Shown here: one piece after another, positions 47,337 through 57,095 of the stretch | Numbering within the stretch: the first letter of the stretch is position 1 | How the letters are laid out: the number at the start of each line of letters is the position of its first letter | Made by a program: the position numbers and the translations under genes | Notes under the pieces: generated by a model | Database searches by the model: none | Told to the model about the DNA's origin: nothing | What the model saw: only the letters and a program-made list of their open reading frames with translations | DNA from: Acidobacteriota bacterium | GTDB taxonomy: Bacteria; Acidobacteriota; Thermoanaerobaculia; Gp7-AA8 | Length of the DNA: 64,000 nt | Direction: 5' to 3' | Assembly: GCA_019244185.1 (NCBI GenBank) | Contig: JAFATB010000014.1 | Span: 96,001 to 160,000, forward strand

Positions 47337-48309
47337 TTACGTGCGCGTGTCGACGGTGCCCGAGGCGGTGAAATCGGGGTCGCGCGAATCGGCGAAGTTC
47401 GTCGCGGGCGGCACGAACCTCATCGACCTGATGAAGTGCACGGTCGAGCGGCCGGCGCACGTCGTCGACGTCAACGCGCTGCCGCTCGCGTCGATCGAAG
47501 CGGTGAGCGGCGGCATTCGCATCGGCGCGCTCGCGCGCATGTCCGACGTGGCCGCGCATCCGCTCGTGCAGCAGCGCTTTCCCGCGGTGTCGCAGGCGCT
47601 GCTCCTCAGCGCGTCGCCGCAGTTGCGGAACGCCGCGTCGATCGGCGGCAATCTCATGCAGCGCACGCGCTGCCCGTACTTTCGCGAGCTGATCTGGACG
47701 CCGTGCAACAAGCGCAATCCTGGCAGCGGCTGTTCGGCGCGCGAAGGAGAGAACCGCATGCAGGCGGTGATCGGCACGTCGGACGCCTGCATCGCCACGC
47801 ATCCGTCCGACTTCGCCGTCGCCGTCGCCGCGCTCGACGGCGTGCTCACGCTGCACGGGCCGAAGGGCGAGCGGCGCGTGAACGCGGTCGACTTCCATCT
47901 GCTCCCCGGACGCACGCCGCATCTCGAGCACGACCTCGCGCACGGGGAGCTCATCACGTCGGTCTTCCTGCCGGACGCGCCGCACGCCGCGCACTCGTCG
48001 TATCTCAAGGTGCGCGACCGTTCGTCGTACGAGTTCGCACTCGCATCGGCCGCGGTCGGTCTCGCGCTGGACGGCAACACGATCCGCGGCGCGCGCGTGG
48101 CGTTCGGCGGCATCGGCACGAAGCCGTGGCGCGCGCGTGCCGCCGAGGCGGTGCTCATCGGGAAAGCGGCGACGGTAGACGTCTTCCGCGCCGCCGCGGA
48201 TGTGGAGCTGAAGGACGCGCGCGGCTACGGCCAGAACGACTTCAAGATCGAGCTCGCGAAGCGCACGCTCGTCCGTGCGCTCGGCGATCTCGCCGGAGGT
48301 GCCGCATGA
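47323..48309 (+). CDS. paoB: Aldehyde oxidoreductase FAD subunit (PaoB/YagS-like)
   Basis: AGGTNLIDLM, SIGGNL, Cys cluster RCPYF...CNKR..GSGC...CIATHPSD, YLKVRDR. Confidence 0.9.
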   Translation: MHPFDYVRVSTVPEAVKSGSRESAKFVAGGTNLIDLMKCTVERPAHVVDVNALPLASIEAVSGGIRIGALARMSDVAAHPLVQQRFPAVSQALLLSASPQLRNAASIGGNLMQRTRCPYFRELIWTPCNKRNPGSGCSAREGENRMQAVIGTSDACIATHPSDFAVAVAALDGVLTLHGPKGERRVNAVDFHLLPGRTPHLEHDLAHGELITSVFLPDAPHAAHSSYLKVRDRSSYEFALASAAVGLALDGNTIRGARVAFGGIGTKPWRARAAEAVLIGKAATVDVFRAAADVELKDARGYGQNDFKIELAKRTLVRALGDLAGGAA

Positions 48310-50588
48310 GCGAGATTCCGATGATCGGCGCGGGGCGCGACCGCGTCGACGGTCGCGCGAAAGTCACCGGCACCGCGCGCTACGCCGCCGAGAACAACCT
48401 CCCGAACCTCGTGCACGCCGTCGTCGTCTCGTCGACGATTCCGTCGGGAACGATCCGCGCGATCGACACGACCGCGGCGAAGAAAGCGCCGGGCGTCCTC
48501 GCCGTGCTCTCGCACGTCAACGCGTCGAAGCTCAACCCGCCGCCGTCGCAGGGCGGCGGCAAGAGCGAGACCGGCGGCGGCGGTTCCGCGAGCGGCGGCG
48601 CGGCCGGTGGCGGCACTGGTGGAGGCGCCTCCGGAGGTACATCCGGCCAGAAGCAAGGCGGCCAATCCGGAGGGCAGCAGCAAGGCGGCGGACAGCCTTC
48701 CGGCAATTTCGCCGAGCCGCGCGCGACGCCGTTCAGCGACGGCACGATCCACTACCTCGGCCAGCAGATCGCCGTCGTCGTCGCCGACACGCTCGAACAC
48801 GCGACGCACGCCGCGGAGCTCGTCGAGGTGACGTACGACGCGCGTCCCGGACGTACCGACATGAACGCGCTGCGTCACGAGGCGAAGGACAAAGGCGCGC
48901 AGCAGGCGCCGCCGTTCGTGAAAGGCGATCCCGAGGGCGCGTTCGCCGGCGCCGCGGTGAAGATCGATCGCACGTATCGCACGCCGTATCACCATCACAA
49001 TCCGATCGAGGCGCATTCGATTGTCGTCGCCTGGGATGGCGATCGCGTCACGTTGCACGATTCGTCGCAGAACATCTTCGCGTCGCGCCAGACCATCGCG
49101 CACGCGTTCGGCATCCCCAAAGAGAACGTCCACGTCGTCTCGCCGTTCGTCGGCGGCGCGTTCGGCAGCAAGGGCTCGACCTGGCCGCACGTGCTCGTCG
49201 GCGCGCTGGCCGCGCGCGAGGTGAAGCGTCCCGTGAAGCTCTGGCTGCCGCGCAAGCAGCTCTTCTTCACGAACGGCCATCGGCCCGAAACCGAGCAGCG
49301 CGTGGCCCTCGGCGCGACGTCCGACGGCAAGCTCGTGTCGATCATTCACGAGGGCATCAGCCAGTCGAACGCCGTCTGCGACTACAACGAGCGCTTCACG
49401 CGCCCGACGCGCGTCATGTACGCGACGCCCAACATGCGCGCCGAGAACCTCGTCGTCGATCTCAACGTCTCCAGCCCGACGTACATGCGCGCGCCCGGCG
49501 AGAACCCCGGCATGTTCGCGCTCGAGTCGGCGATGGACGAGCTGGCGTACGCGGTCAACATCGATCCGGTGCAGCTCCGCCTCATCAACTACGCGGAGGA
49601 AGATCCGAGCGACGGCAAGCCGTGGTCGAGCAAGTCGCTGCGCGAGTGCTACGAGCGCGCGGCGGCGCGCTTCGGCTGGGCGGACCGCAAACGCGAGCCG
49701 CGTTCGATGCGCGACGGTCGCCTGCTCGTCGGCCAGGGCATGGCCAGCGCGACGTATCCGTCGCACCGCTCGCCCGCCTCGGCGCGCGCGCGGATGAACG
49801 ACGACGGCACGGTGGTCGTGTCGTCTGGCTCGCACGAGATGGGCATGGGCACCGCGACGGTGATGGCGCAGCTCGCAGCGGAAACGCTCGGCATTCCCGC
49901 GGAACGCGTGCGCTTCGAGTACGGCGACACGAACCTGCCGCAGGCGCCGATCTCCGCCGGCTCGATGACTGCGGCCAGCGTCGGATCCGCCGTCTATCAG
50001 GTCGCCCGCGAGCTGCGGCAGAAGCTCGTTGCGCTCAACGGCGGCGACGAGATCGCGAACGCGAACGACTACGCCGCGCTGCTGCACGCGCATTACACGC
50101 CGGATGTCGAGACGCGTGTCGACGCGAAGCCGGACCCCGAGGAGGCGCATTACTCCGCGCATGCCTTCGGCTGTCACTTCGCGGAAGTGAGCGTCGATCC
50201 CGACCTCGGTCTCGTGCGGCTGCGGCGGATGGTGAGCGCGTTCGCCGGCGGCCGCATCCTCAATGCGAAGACGGCGCACAGTCAGTTCCTCGGCGGCATC
50301 GTGCAGGGCATCGGTATGGCGCTGCTCGAGGAGACGCACCTCGACCGCCGCTTCGGCTCGTATACCAACGTCAACTTCGGCGAGTATCTTGTTCCGGTGA
50401 ACGCGGACGTGCGCAACCTCACGATCCTGATGCTCGAGGAGCAGGACCCGCACGTCAATCCGATCGGCGCGAAAGGCATCGGCGAGGTCGGTATCGTCGG
50501 CGTCGCGCCGGCCATCGCGAACGCCGTCTATCACGCCACCGGCAAACGCGTGCGCGACCTGCCGATCACGCTGGAGAAACTGTTGTGA
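48306..50588 (+). CDS. paoC: Aldehyde oxidoreductase molybdopterin subunit (PaoC/YagR-like; 760 aa)
   Basis: RVDGRAKVTG, VGGAFGSKG, MRAPG, EMGMG, AKGIGEVG motifs; ATGA coupling. Confidence 0.9.
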   Translation: MSEIPMIGAGRDRVDGRAKVTGTARYAAENNLPNLVHAVVVSSTIPSGTIRAIDTTAAKKAPGVLAVLSHVNASKLNPPPSQGGGKSETGGGGSASGGAAGGGTGGGASGGTSGQKQGGQSGGQQQGGGQPSGNFAEPRATPFSDGTIHYLGQQIAVVVADTLEHATHAAELVEVTYDARPGRTDMNALRHEAKDKGAQQAPPFVKGDPEGAFAGAAVKIDRTYRTPYHHHNPIEAHSIVVAWDGDRVTLHDSSQNIFASRQTIAHAFGIPKENVHVVSPFVGGAFGSKGSTWPHVLVGALAAREVKRPVKLWLPRKQLFFTNGHRPETEQRVALGATSDGKLVSIIHEGISQSNAVCDYNERFTRPTRVMYATPNMRAENLVVDLNVSSPTYMRAPGENPGMFALESAMDELAYAVNIDPVQLRLINYAEEDPSDGKPWSSKSLRECYERAAARFGWADRKREPRSMRDGRLLVGQGMASATYPSHRSPASARARMNDDGTVVVSSGSHEMGMGTATVMAQLAAETLGIPAERVRFEYGDTNLPQAPISAGSMTAASVGSAVYQVARELRQKLVALNGGDEIANANDYAALLHAHYTPDVETRVDAKPDPEEAHYSAHAFGCHFAEVSVDPDLGLVRLRRMVSAFAGGRILNAKTAHSQFLGGIVQGIGMALLEETHLDRRFGSYTNVNFGEYLVPVNADVRNLTILMLEEQDPHVNPIGAKGIGEVGIVGVAPAIANAVYHATGKRVRDLPITLEKLL

Positions 50589-51466
50589 GCCGTGAGCTCG
50601 ATCGAGTGCTCGACGCGGAGCGCGCGATCATGCGCGACGGCCGCCGCGGCGTGCTCGTGACGCTGCTGCGTACGTCGGGCTCGACGTATCGCCGCGCCGG
50701 CGCGCGCGCGGTGCTCGCGGATGGTGCGGTCGCGTGCGGACTCGTGAGCGGCGGCTGCATCGAACGCGATCTCGCCGAGCGCATGCACGAATGGCTGGCG
50801 GACTTCACGCCGCGAGTCGTGACGTACGACAGCACGAGCGATGCGGATCTCGTCTTCGGCAGCGGCCTCGGATGCCGCGGGACGCTCGAGTTGCTCGTCG
50901 AGCCGTTCGACGCCGCACATCCGCCGGCGATCGACGCGTTCCGCCGCAACGGACGCGAGCCGGTGGTCTGGACCACGCGTCTCGGCGAACGCGAGCTGCT
51001 CGTCGAAGTCATCGAGCCGCCGCGCGCGCTGGCGATCTTCGGCAACGGTCCGGACGTCGCGCCGCTCGTCGCGTTCGCGCAGCAACTCGGCTGGGATGCG
51101 ACGCGCTTCGCCGCGGCCGCGCGCGACGTCGACGTGCACGCGTTCGATGCCGCGGTGGTGATGACGCACAACTTCCTGCACGACGTCGAACTGCTCGAGC
51201 TGTTGTTGCCGTCGCCGGTGCGTTACGTCGGCATCCTCGGGCCGAAACGTCGCCGCGAGGAACTGCTCGCGCACGTCAGCGACGCGGCCCGCGCGCACGC
51301 GGATCGTCTGCGCGGACCGATCGGACTCGACCTCGGCGCGGAGACACCCGAGGAGATCGCGCTGTCGATCGTGGCGGAGGTGCAGGCCGTGCTGCACGGA
51401 CGCGATGCGCGCGCGCTGCAGGAACGCCGCGCGCCGATCCACGAGCCGGAAGCCGCGTGCCCCTGA
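50585..51466 (+). CDS. xdhC: XdhC/CoxI-family molybdoenzyme maturation factor
   Basis: GSTYRRAGA, VSGGCIE, GLGCRG, MTHN, PIGLDLGAETPEEIA; GTGA coupling. Confidence 0.9.
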   Translation: MSRELDRVLDAERAIMRDGRRGVLVTLLRTSGSTYRRAGARAVLADGAVACGLVSGGCIERDLAERMHEWLADFTPRVVTYDSTSDADLVFGSGLGCRGTLELLVEPFDAAHPPAIDAFRRNGREPVVWTTRLGERELLVEVIEPPRALAIFGNGPDVAPLVAFAQQLGWDATRFAAAARDVDVHAFDAAVVMTHNFLHDVELLELLLPSPVRYVGILGPKRRREELLAHVSDAARAHADRLRGPIGLDLGAETPEEIALSIVAEVQAVLHGRDARALQERRAPIHEPEAACP

Positions 51467-51981
51467 CCGCGATCGTGCTCGCCGCCGGCTTCTCGCGCCG
51501 CTTCGGCAGTCCGAAGCAGCTGTTCGAAGTCGACGGCGAGCCGCTCGTGCGCGGCGCCGCGCGCGTCGCGCGTGCCGTCGCGCGGACGATCGTGGTGATT
51601 CCCGCGAACGCGCTGCAAATCCGCGATGCGCTGCGCGAGCTCGACGTGACGATCGTGGAGAACGCGGATGCCGCCGAAGGCATCGCGTCATCCATCCGCG
51701 CCGGCGTCGCCGCGTGCGAAGGCGACGTGCTGCTGCTCGTCTGCGACCAACCTGGCGTCGATGCGATGCATCTGCGCGCGCTCATCGCGACGCATTCGCC
51801 ACTCGCCGCAAGCAGCTACGACGGAACGCTCGGCGTCCCCGCGTTCTTCGCCGCCCGCTACCGCGACGAACTGCTCGCCCTCCGCGGCGACGCCGGCGCG
51901 AAACGCGTGCTGCTCGCGCACGAGAGTGAGGTGGCGCCGGCGCCGCTGCGCGATGCGAGGGATTTGGATGTGCGGCCGTGA
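51457..51981 (+). CDS. mocA: Molybdenum cofactor cytidylyltransferase (MocA-like)
   Basis: IVLAAGFSRRFGSPKQL, CDQP, GDAGA motifs; last gene of the Pao operon. Confidence 0.85.
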   Translation: MPLTAIVLAAGFSRRFGSPKQLFEVDGEPLVRGAARVARAVARTIVVIPANALQIRDALRELDVTIVENADAAEGIASSIRAGVAACEGDVLLLVCDQPGVDAMHLRALIATHSPLAASSYDGTLGVPAFFAARYRDELLALRGDAGAKRVLLAHESEVAPAPLRDARDLDVRP

Positions 51982-51991
51982 AGGCGCGCGT

Positions 51992-52315
51992 TCAGCCCTC
52001 AACGATCAGGAGTCGTCCGCGCTCGATTCGCGAGATTGCCGCGAGCACGTGCGGAACGAGCGGACGCAGATCGGACATGCGGTTCCGCACGCGCGTGATC
52101 AGGACGACGGCGATGCCGATGTCCGCCAGGTTCTGCTGATGGCGCAGAGCTTTGTCGGCGGTGATGAAGACTTCGATCCCGGCATCCACGGCGGCGCGGA
52201 GCAACACGCCGTTTCGCAGGCCGAGCCAGTCTTGCGCGCGAACGGTGGTCACGTCGTGGCCGCGCAGTTCGGCCGCGAATGCGACAGGCAGCGACTCGTC
52301 GACGAGAAGTCTCAA
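51992..52315 (-). CDS. DUF5615 PIN-like toxin
   Basis: MRLLVDESLP...GHDV...FITAD; coupled to a DUF433 gene. Confidence 0.85.
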   Translation of the reverse strand: MRLLVDESLPVAFAAELRGHDVTTVRAQDWLGLRNGVLLRAAVDAGIEVFITADKALRHQQNLADIGIAVVLITRVRNRMSDLRPLVPHVLAAISRIERGRLLIVEG

Positions 52316-52521
52316 CTGCCGATGACCGCGTCCTTCGCCAGTTCGAGTGCGCCGACCGCCTGCTCGCGACTCACGGAAGGAAACTGCTCTAGGAACTCAT
52401 CGAGCGAATCGCCGGCTTCGAGATAGTCGAACAGGTTGTAGACCGGCACGCGCGTGCCGGCGAACACCGGTTCTCCGCCCATGATGTCGGGATCGCGACG
52501 AACGATCTGCTCCTTCACCAT
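52312..52521 (-). CDS. DUF433 antitoxin
   Basis: DPDIMGGEPVFAGTRVPV...FLEQFPSV. Confidence 0.9.
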   Translation of the reverse strand: MVKEQIVRRDPDIMGGEPVFAGTRVPVYNLFDYLEAGDSLDEFLEQFPSVSREQAVGALELAKDAVIGS

Positions 52522-52545
52522 CGCGTGATTCTAGCCCCCCAAAAT

Positions 52546-52575
52546 GAAAACGCCGGCCTCGCGGCCGGCGTTTTC
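52546..52575. terminator. Bidirectional intrinsic terminator after the subtilase gene
   Basis: GAAAACGCCGGCC-TCGC-GGCCGGCGTTTTC with A/T tracts on both sides. Confidence 0.8.
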
Positions 52576-52592
52576 GGGTTCATGGCGAAGAA

Positions 52593-54236
52593 TCAGCCGC
52601 GGTGTCCGAAGCGGCGGCCGGTGGTCGGGCGCGACGGGCCGAATGCGGCGGGGGCGAGGCGGTTGGCGGCGGCGTTCAGGTCGATGAGGCCCGCGCCGAA
52701 GACGGTGTCGGCGCCGGGGGTGCCGAGGTCGGTGGCGGTCTGCAGGAGCGTGGTCTTGAGCTGCGCGGGAGTCGCGCTCGGGGCGAGCGTCCACAGCAGC
52801 GCGACGGCGGCGGTCACGTGCGGGGTCGCCATCGACGTGCCGTTGAGGTAGCCGTAGTCGTCGGTCTCGTTCGCGATGGTGATCGTGCCGGTGCCAGCGG
52901 CCTTCAGCGCCTCACCGTCCGCTTTCGTGATGCCGACGGCGAGCGGCCACGCGTACGTCTTCGTGGTCGGGTCGGCGTCGTTGACGAGCGTCCAGGAGAT
53001 CGCGGAGTCGTCGTTGTTGTAGATGACGACGGCGATCGCGCCGCGCTCTTTCGCGTTGCGGGTCTTGTCGCCGAAGAAGAGCTCACCGCGCTGGATGAGC
53101 GCGATCTTGCCGGAGAGATCGGCGGGGAAATCCTCGGGACGTCCGAGGCCGCAGTAGACGTACTGGCCGGTGACGGTCGAGATCGGCGCGCCGTCGAGCG
53201 CGGACGCGAACTTCTCCGCGTTGCCGCTGCGCAGGTACGACGCGGTGCCGGTGCCGAGGGGCACCGTCGAGAGGACGTGCACGCCCGGCGCGACGACGGC
53301 GAGCTCGGGACCCTGATTCGAGAAGTCGGCGATGGCGGAGTTCTGATCGACGGCGCCGACGGCGAAGACGCTCGGATACGCGGCCGGATACGAGACCGGC
53401 GCGGGCGTGTCTGCAGTGGAGTCGTTGCCCGACGCGGCGACGACGATGACGCCCGCGTCGGAGGCTCGCTGGAACGCTTCCGCTTCGGCCTGGCTCGCGG
53501 AAGCGCCGCCGAGGGACATGTTCACGACCCAGTTCCCGCCGAGCGTCTGCTTCTGCTGCACGACCCAGTCGAGGCCGCGGAGGATGCGCGAGTTCGTGCC
53601 GCTGCCCTGCGCGTTGAGCACCTTCACCGCCCAGAGGCGGATGCCCGGCGTGACGCCGACGACGCCGCTCTGGTTGTCGGCCGCGGCGATCGTGCCGGCG
53701 ACGTGCGTGCCGTGGCCCGCGTCGTCCATCGGATCGGGCGTGCTGGCCACGAAGTTGTAGCCGCCCATGTACACCGGCGCGAGCTCGGGATGGCGATAGT
53801 CGATGCCGGTGTCGACGACGGCGACGTTCACGACGCCGCTGCGATGGCCGAGGTTCGCCTCGTGCGAATGGATCATCGCCACGCCGTACGGCACCGTCTG
53901 CACGGTGTTGTTCTTGATCGCGCTGAAGGCGTGACGCTCGACGACCGGCTCGATCCAGCGGACGCTGGCCGAGTTGCGCAGCGCCGCGACTTCCTCCGGC
54001 GTGAGGTCGGCGGCGAAGCCGTCGAAGGTCTGGAAACCGACGACGTTGCGCGGACGCACGGTACCGCCGGCGTCGCGGATCGCTTCCGCGAGACCGCCCG
54101 TCTTGAAGGCGTGCTTCGTGGCGACGAGATACTGCTGCGTCGCATCGGCGGCGAACGCGCCACCCGCGACGAGCAAAGCGAACACGGCAACAACAAAACG
54201 CGACGTGCGCGTGACGACGACCGGACCGTTGTTCAT
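52593..54236 (-). CDS. Secreted S8 subtilase with I9 prodomain and PA domain (547 aa)
   Basis: Catalytic triad VVDTG, HGTHVAG, GTSMATP; PA insert GKIALIQRG...GAIAVVIYN; signal peptide. Confidence 0.93.
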   Translation of the reverse strand: MNNGPVVVTRTSRFVVAVFALLVAGGAFAADATQQYLVATKHAFKTGGLAEAIRDAGGTVRPRNVVGFQTFDGFAADLTPEEVAALRNSASVRWIEPVVERHAFSAIKNNTVQTVPYGVAMIHSHEANLGHRSGVVNVAVVDTGIDYRHPELAPVYMGGYNFVASTPDPMDDAGHGTHVAGTIAAADNQSGVVGVTPGIRLWAVKVLNAQGSGTNSRILRGLDWVVQQKQTLGGNWVVNMSLGGASASQAEAEAFQRASDAGVIVVAASGNDSTADTPAPVSYPAAYPSVFAVGAVDQNSAIADFSNQGPELAVVAPGVHVLSTVPLGTGTASYLRSGNAEKFASALDGAPISTVTGQYVYCGLGRPEDFPADLSGKIALIQRGELFFGDKTRNAKERGAIAVVIYNNDDSAISWTLVNDADPTTKTYAWPLAVGITKADGEALKAAGTGTITIANETDDYGYLNGTSMATPHVTAAVALLWTLAPSATPAQLKTTLLQTATDLGTPGADTVFGAGLIDLNAAANRLAPAAFGPSRPTTGRRFGHRG

Positions 54237-54338
54237 GGGACTGGGTTCCTTTGCGGCTGGTAAACGCGCGCATCCCGCGGCTTCTTTCCACATCGCCGAA
54301 AAAAGCTCTGATAACGTACGCGCCTCAGAGGAGAAACG

Positions 54339-54782
54339 ATGACCGACTGGCAGGCCAACCTCGTCACCGACAACCGCGGCATCGCGGAGCTGCTGCGCGA
54401 CACGAAAACGATTGCGGTCCTCGGCATGAAGCCGGAGTCGCATTCCGGACAGGCGGCGTTCTACGTCCCCGAGCACATGGCTTCCGCCGGCTTCGACATC
54501 ATCCCCGTTCCCGTTTACTACCCGGAGGTGACGGAGATCCTCGGCAAGCCGGTCTTCCGCTCGCTCGCCGCGATCGGGCGTCCGATCGACATGGTGAACG
54601 TCTTCCGCCGCCCGCAGGACATCCCGCCGCACGTCGACGACATCATCGCGGCGAAACCGAAGTCGGTCTGGTTCCAGCTCGGCATTCGCAACGACGAGGC
54701 CGCTCGGCGTCTCGCGGAAGCGGGCATCCAAGTCGTGCAGGACCGCTGTCTGATGGTCGAGCACGGGAGGCTGGGGCGGTAA
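54339..54782 (+). CDS. CoA-binding protein (YccU-like)
   Basis: KTIAVLG, IDMVNVFR, VWFQLG, VVQDRC; RBS GAGGAG. Confidence 0.9.
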   Translation: MTDWQANLVTDNRGIAELLRDTKTIAVLGMKPESHSGQAAFYVPEHMASAGFDIIPVPVYYPEVTEILGKPVFRSLAAIGRPIDMVNVFRRPQDIPPHVDDIIAAKPKSVWFQLGIRNDEAARRLAEAGIQVVQDRCLMVEHGRLGR

Positions 54783-54826
54783 CGGCGCGCCTCGCGTTTC
54801 CGCCGTACGCGCTGTGGGAGACGCGC

Positions 54827-56218
54827 GTGGGCGCGGGCACGCCGGTCGTGCTGCTGCACGGCCTGAGCGGCTCGACGCGCTGGTGGTCGCGCAACATCGA
54901 AGCGCTCGCGGCGCGGCATCTCGTCGCCGCGGTCGATCTGGTCGGCTTCGGCCGCAATCGCCGCTTCCTCGGCACGCCCGCGGTGCTGCCGCCGCTCGAG
55001 GAGACGACGGCGCTGCTCGCGCGCTGGCTCGAGACGTTCGGCGAGCCGGTGCATCTCGTCGGACACTCGATGGGCGGCCAGCTCGCGATCGCGCTCGCCG
55101 CGGCGCGTCCCGAGCTCGTGCGCTCGCTGCTGCTCGTCTCCGCGACGGGACTGCCGTTCCATCTCGATCCGCGTCCACACGTGCGGATGCTTCCCCGATC
55201 GCTGCGCCTCGCACGCATCGCGCGGGTGCTCGTGCCCGACTTCCTGCGCGCGGGCCCGGCCTCGATCGCAGTTGCGGGAACGCGCGTGCTGCTCGGCGAT
55301 CTGCGCGAGGACTTGCACGCGCTGCGCGTGCCGGCACTCCTCGTGTGGGGCGAGGACGATCCGCTCGTGCCGCTCGTGTATGGCGAGGCGATGCAGCGCG
55401 CGATCGAAGGTTCGCGACTCGTCGTGCTGCCGCGCGCGGCGCACGTGCCGATGTGGGACGCGCCGGAAGCATTCAACGACGCCGCGCTCGCGTTCTTCGA
55501 TGAAGTCGAGTCGCGTCTGATGCACGCGCCCGCGCCGCCGCGTTTCACGTGGGGCATCGCGGGCTTCGTCGACGGCATCGCCCATCGCGAAGCCGGACAT
55601 CGCCGCGACATCGTCCTCCTGCACGGCCTCGGCATGTCGAGCGCGTACCTCGGCCGTCTCGCGCGCGAACTGTTCGCGCGCGGCTGGAATCCGATCGCGC
55701 CCGATCTGCCCGGCTTCGGCGAGAGCGCGAACGCGCGCGCGATGCCGCCGGACGAACACGCGCGCGTCCTCGCGGCGTGGAGCGATGCGCTCGGCATTCG
55801 CGATGCGGTGTGGGTCGGTCATTCGATCGGCTGCAACGCGGTCGCGCGTCTCGCGCGTCTGCGGCCCGACGTCGTGCGCGAGGCGGTGTGCATCGGCGCG
55901 CTCTGGACGCATCGCCCTTTTCCGAATGCGCGGCTCTTCGGCCTGCTCGCGCTCGACGCACTGCGCGAGCCGTTCGCGCTCTTTCGCTATGTCGTCGCCG
56001 CGTACTGGCGCACCGGCGTCGCGCGCTGGCTGCTGACGTGGCTGCGCTACGCGCCCGACATCGCCGCGGCGCCGCCGCGCGACGCGCGTTTTCTCGCCGG
56101 CGTGCGCGATCCGATTCCCGATCGCGATGCCGCGCCGACGACCGAGGTGCCGGGCGCGCACGCGTGCGTGTTCTCGCATGCAGACGCGGTGGCGGACGCG
56201 CTCACCACGACTGCATGA
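54827..56218 (+). CDS. Tandem double alpha/beta-hydrolase (about 463 aa)
   Basis: Two LLHG oxyanion motifs, two nucleophile elbows (GHSMG, GHSIG), two Asp/His pairs. GTG 54827 with GGGAG RBS; start uncertain. Confidence 0.82.
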   Translation: MGAGTPVVLLHGLSGSTRWWSRNIEALAARHLVAAVDLVGFGRNRRFLGTPAVLPPLEETTALLARWLETFGEPVHLVGHSMGGQLAIALAAARPELVRSLLLVSATGLPFHLDPRPHVRMLPRSLRLARIARVLVPDFLRAGPASIAVAGTRVLLGDLREDLHALRVPALLVWGEDDPLVPLVYGEAMQRAIEGSRLVVLPRAAHVPMWDAPEAFNDAALAFFDEVESRLMHAPAPPRFTWGIAGFVDGIAHREAGHRRDIVLLHGLGMSSAYLGRLARELFARGWNPIAPDLPGFGESANARAMPPDEHARVLAAWSDALGIRDAVWVGHSIGCNAVARLARLRPDVVREAVCIGALWTHRPFPNARLFGLLALDALREPFALFRYVVAAYWRTGVARWLLTWLRYAPDIAAAPPRDARFLAGVRDPIPDRDAAPTTEVPGAHACVFSHADAVADALTTTA

Positions 56219-57086
56219 CGCGGCGCCAGCGCGCCGGCTGCGCATCCTCGGTCCACAGAATCCCCGAGTGCGGCAGGAACTCGATCGTCGTGTCGGCACC
56301 CGAGGCGCGGACGATGACCGCGTAGCGCTCGGCGACGTCGCGGCGGATGCTCATCCGCGCGCGCATCGTCTTCACGAGCGGCGGAATCGTGCGCCACGCG
56401 ATGAAGCCGCCGAGCGCCGCGAGCACGATCATTCCGCCGTGGATGTCGATCGCGCCGACGAGACCGGCGACGATCGCGGCCACGCCGAGCACCGCCAGGA
56501 GCGCGCGCTGGAACGTCACCGCGGGCATGTGCCGCCGCAGTTCGCCGAGCTCGTCGTCGCTGAGGCGGCGCTGGTGCGCGGCCACGTTCTCGTTCACCGG
56601 CTTCAGGAAGTTCGCGGCCATCACCGCGTGATCGGGCACGACCGCCGTCGCGCCGCGCGCGACGAACACGCGCTCGTACTTGCGCGCGCCGTTCACGCTC
56701 CACAGCAGGTCGGATTCCGGCAGCACCTCGATTGCGACCTCATCGTTGCCGCAGATCAGCACGCGTCCGCGCTCGAGATCGCGCAGCGACGCGGCGAGAA
56801 ACGCGCGGATGCGTCCGAGCGACTGCGCGCGGCGCGAGCGCAGTCCGAGGATCGTCGTCCAGACGACGGGAAGCGCGAACGTGCGCGTTTGCGGAAAGCA
56901 CGCCGCGGCGACGCCGCCGGCGAGGATCGCCGCGATGGCCACATGGTTGAGGATCCATTCGCGGCGCGCCTCGCGCCGCAGCGTCGCGAGATGCGCGCGC
57001 TCGTCCGCGTCGAGGTCGCGCTCGCCCTTCGGCGGCAGCCCCGCATACCACTGTTGTTGTCCGGGAGCGGGGGAGGACGAGGACAT
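56202..57086 (-). CDS. Hypothetical membrane protein with internal duplication (294 aa)
   Basis: Two units of helix-TM-TM-beta (IEVLPESDLLW and IEFLPHSGILW). Confidence 0.75.
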   Translation of the reverse strand: MSSSSPAPGQQQWYAGLPPKGERDLDADERAHLATLRREARREWILNHVAIAAILAGGVAAACFPQTRTFALPVVWTTILGLRSRRAQSLGRIRAFLAASLRDLERGRVLICGNDEVAIEVLPESDLLWSVNGARKYERVFVARGATAVVPDHAVMAANFLKPVNENVAAHQRRLSDDELGELRRHMPAVTFQRALLAVLGVAAIVAGLVGAIDIHGGMIVLAALGGFIAWRTIPPLVKTMRARMSIRRDVAERYAVIVRASGADTTIEFLPHSGILWTEDAQPARWRRVMQSW

Positions 57087-57095
57087 GCCGCCAGT

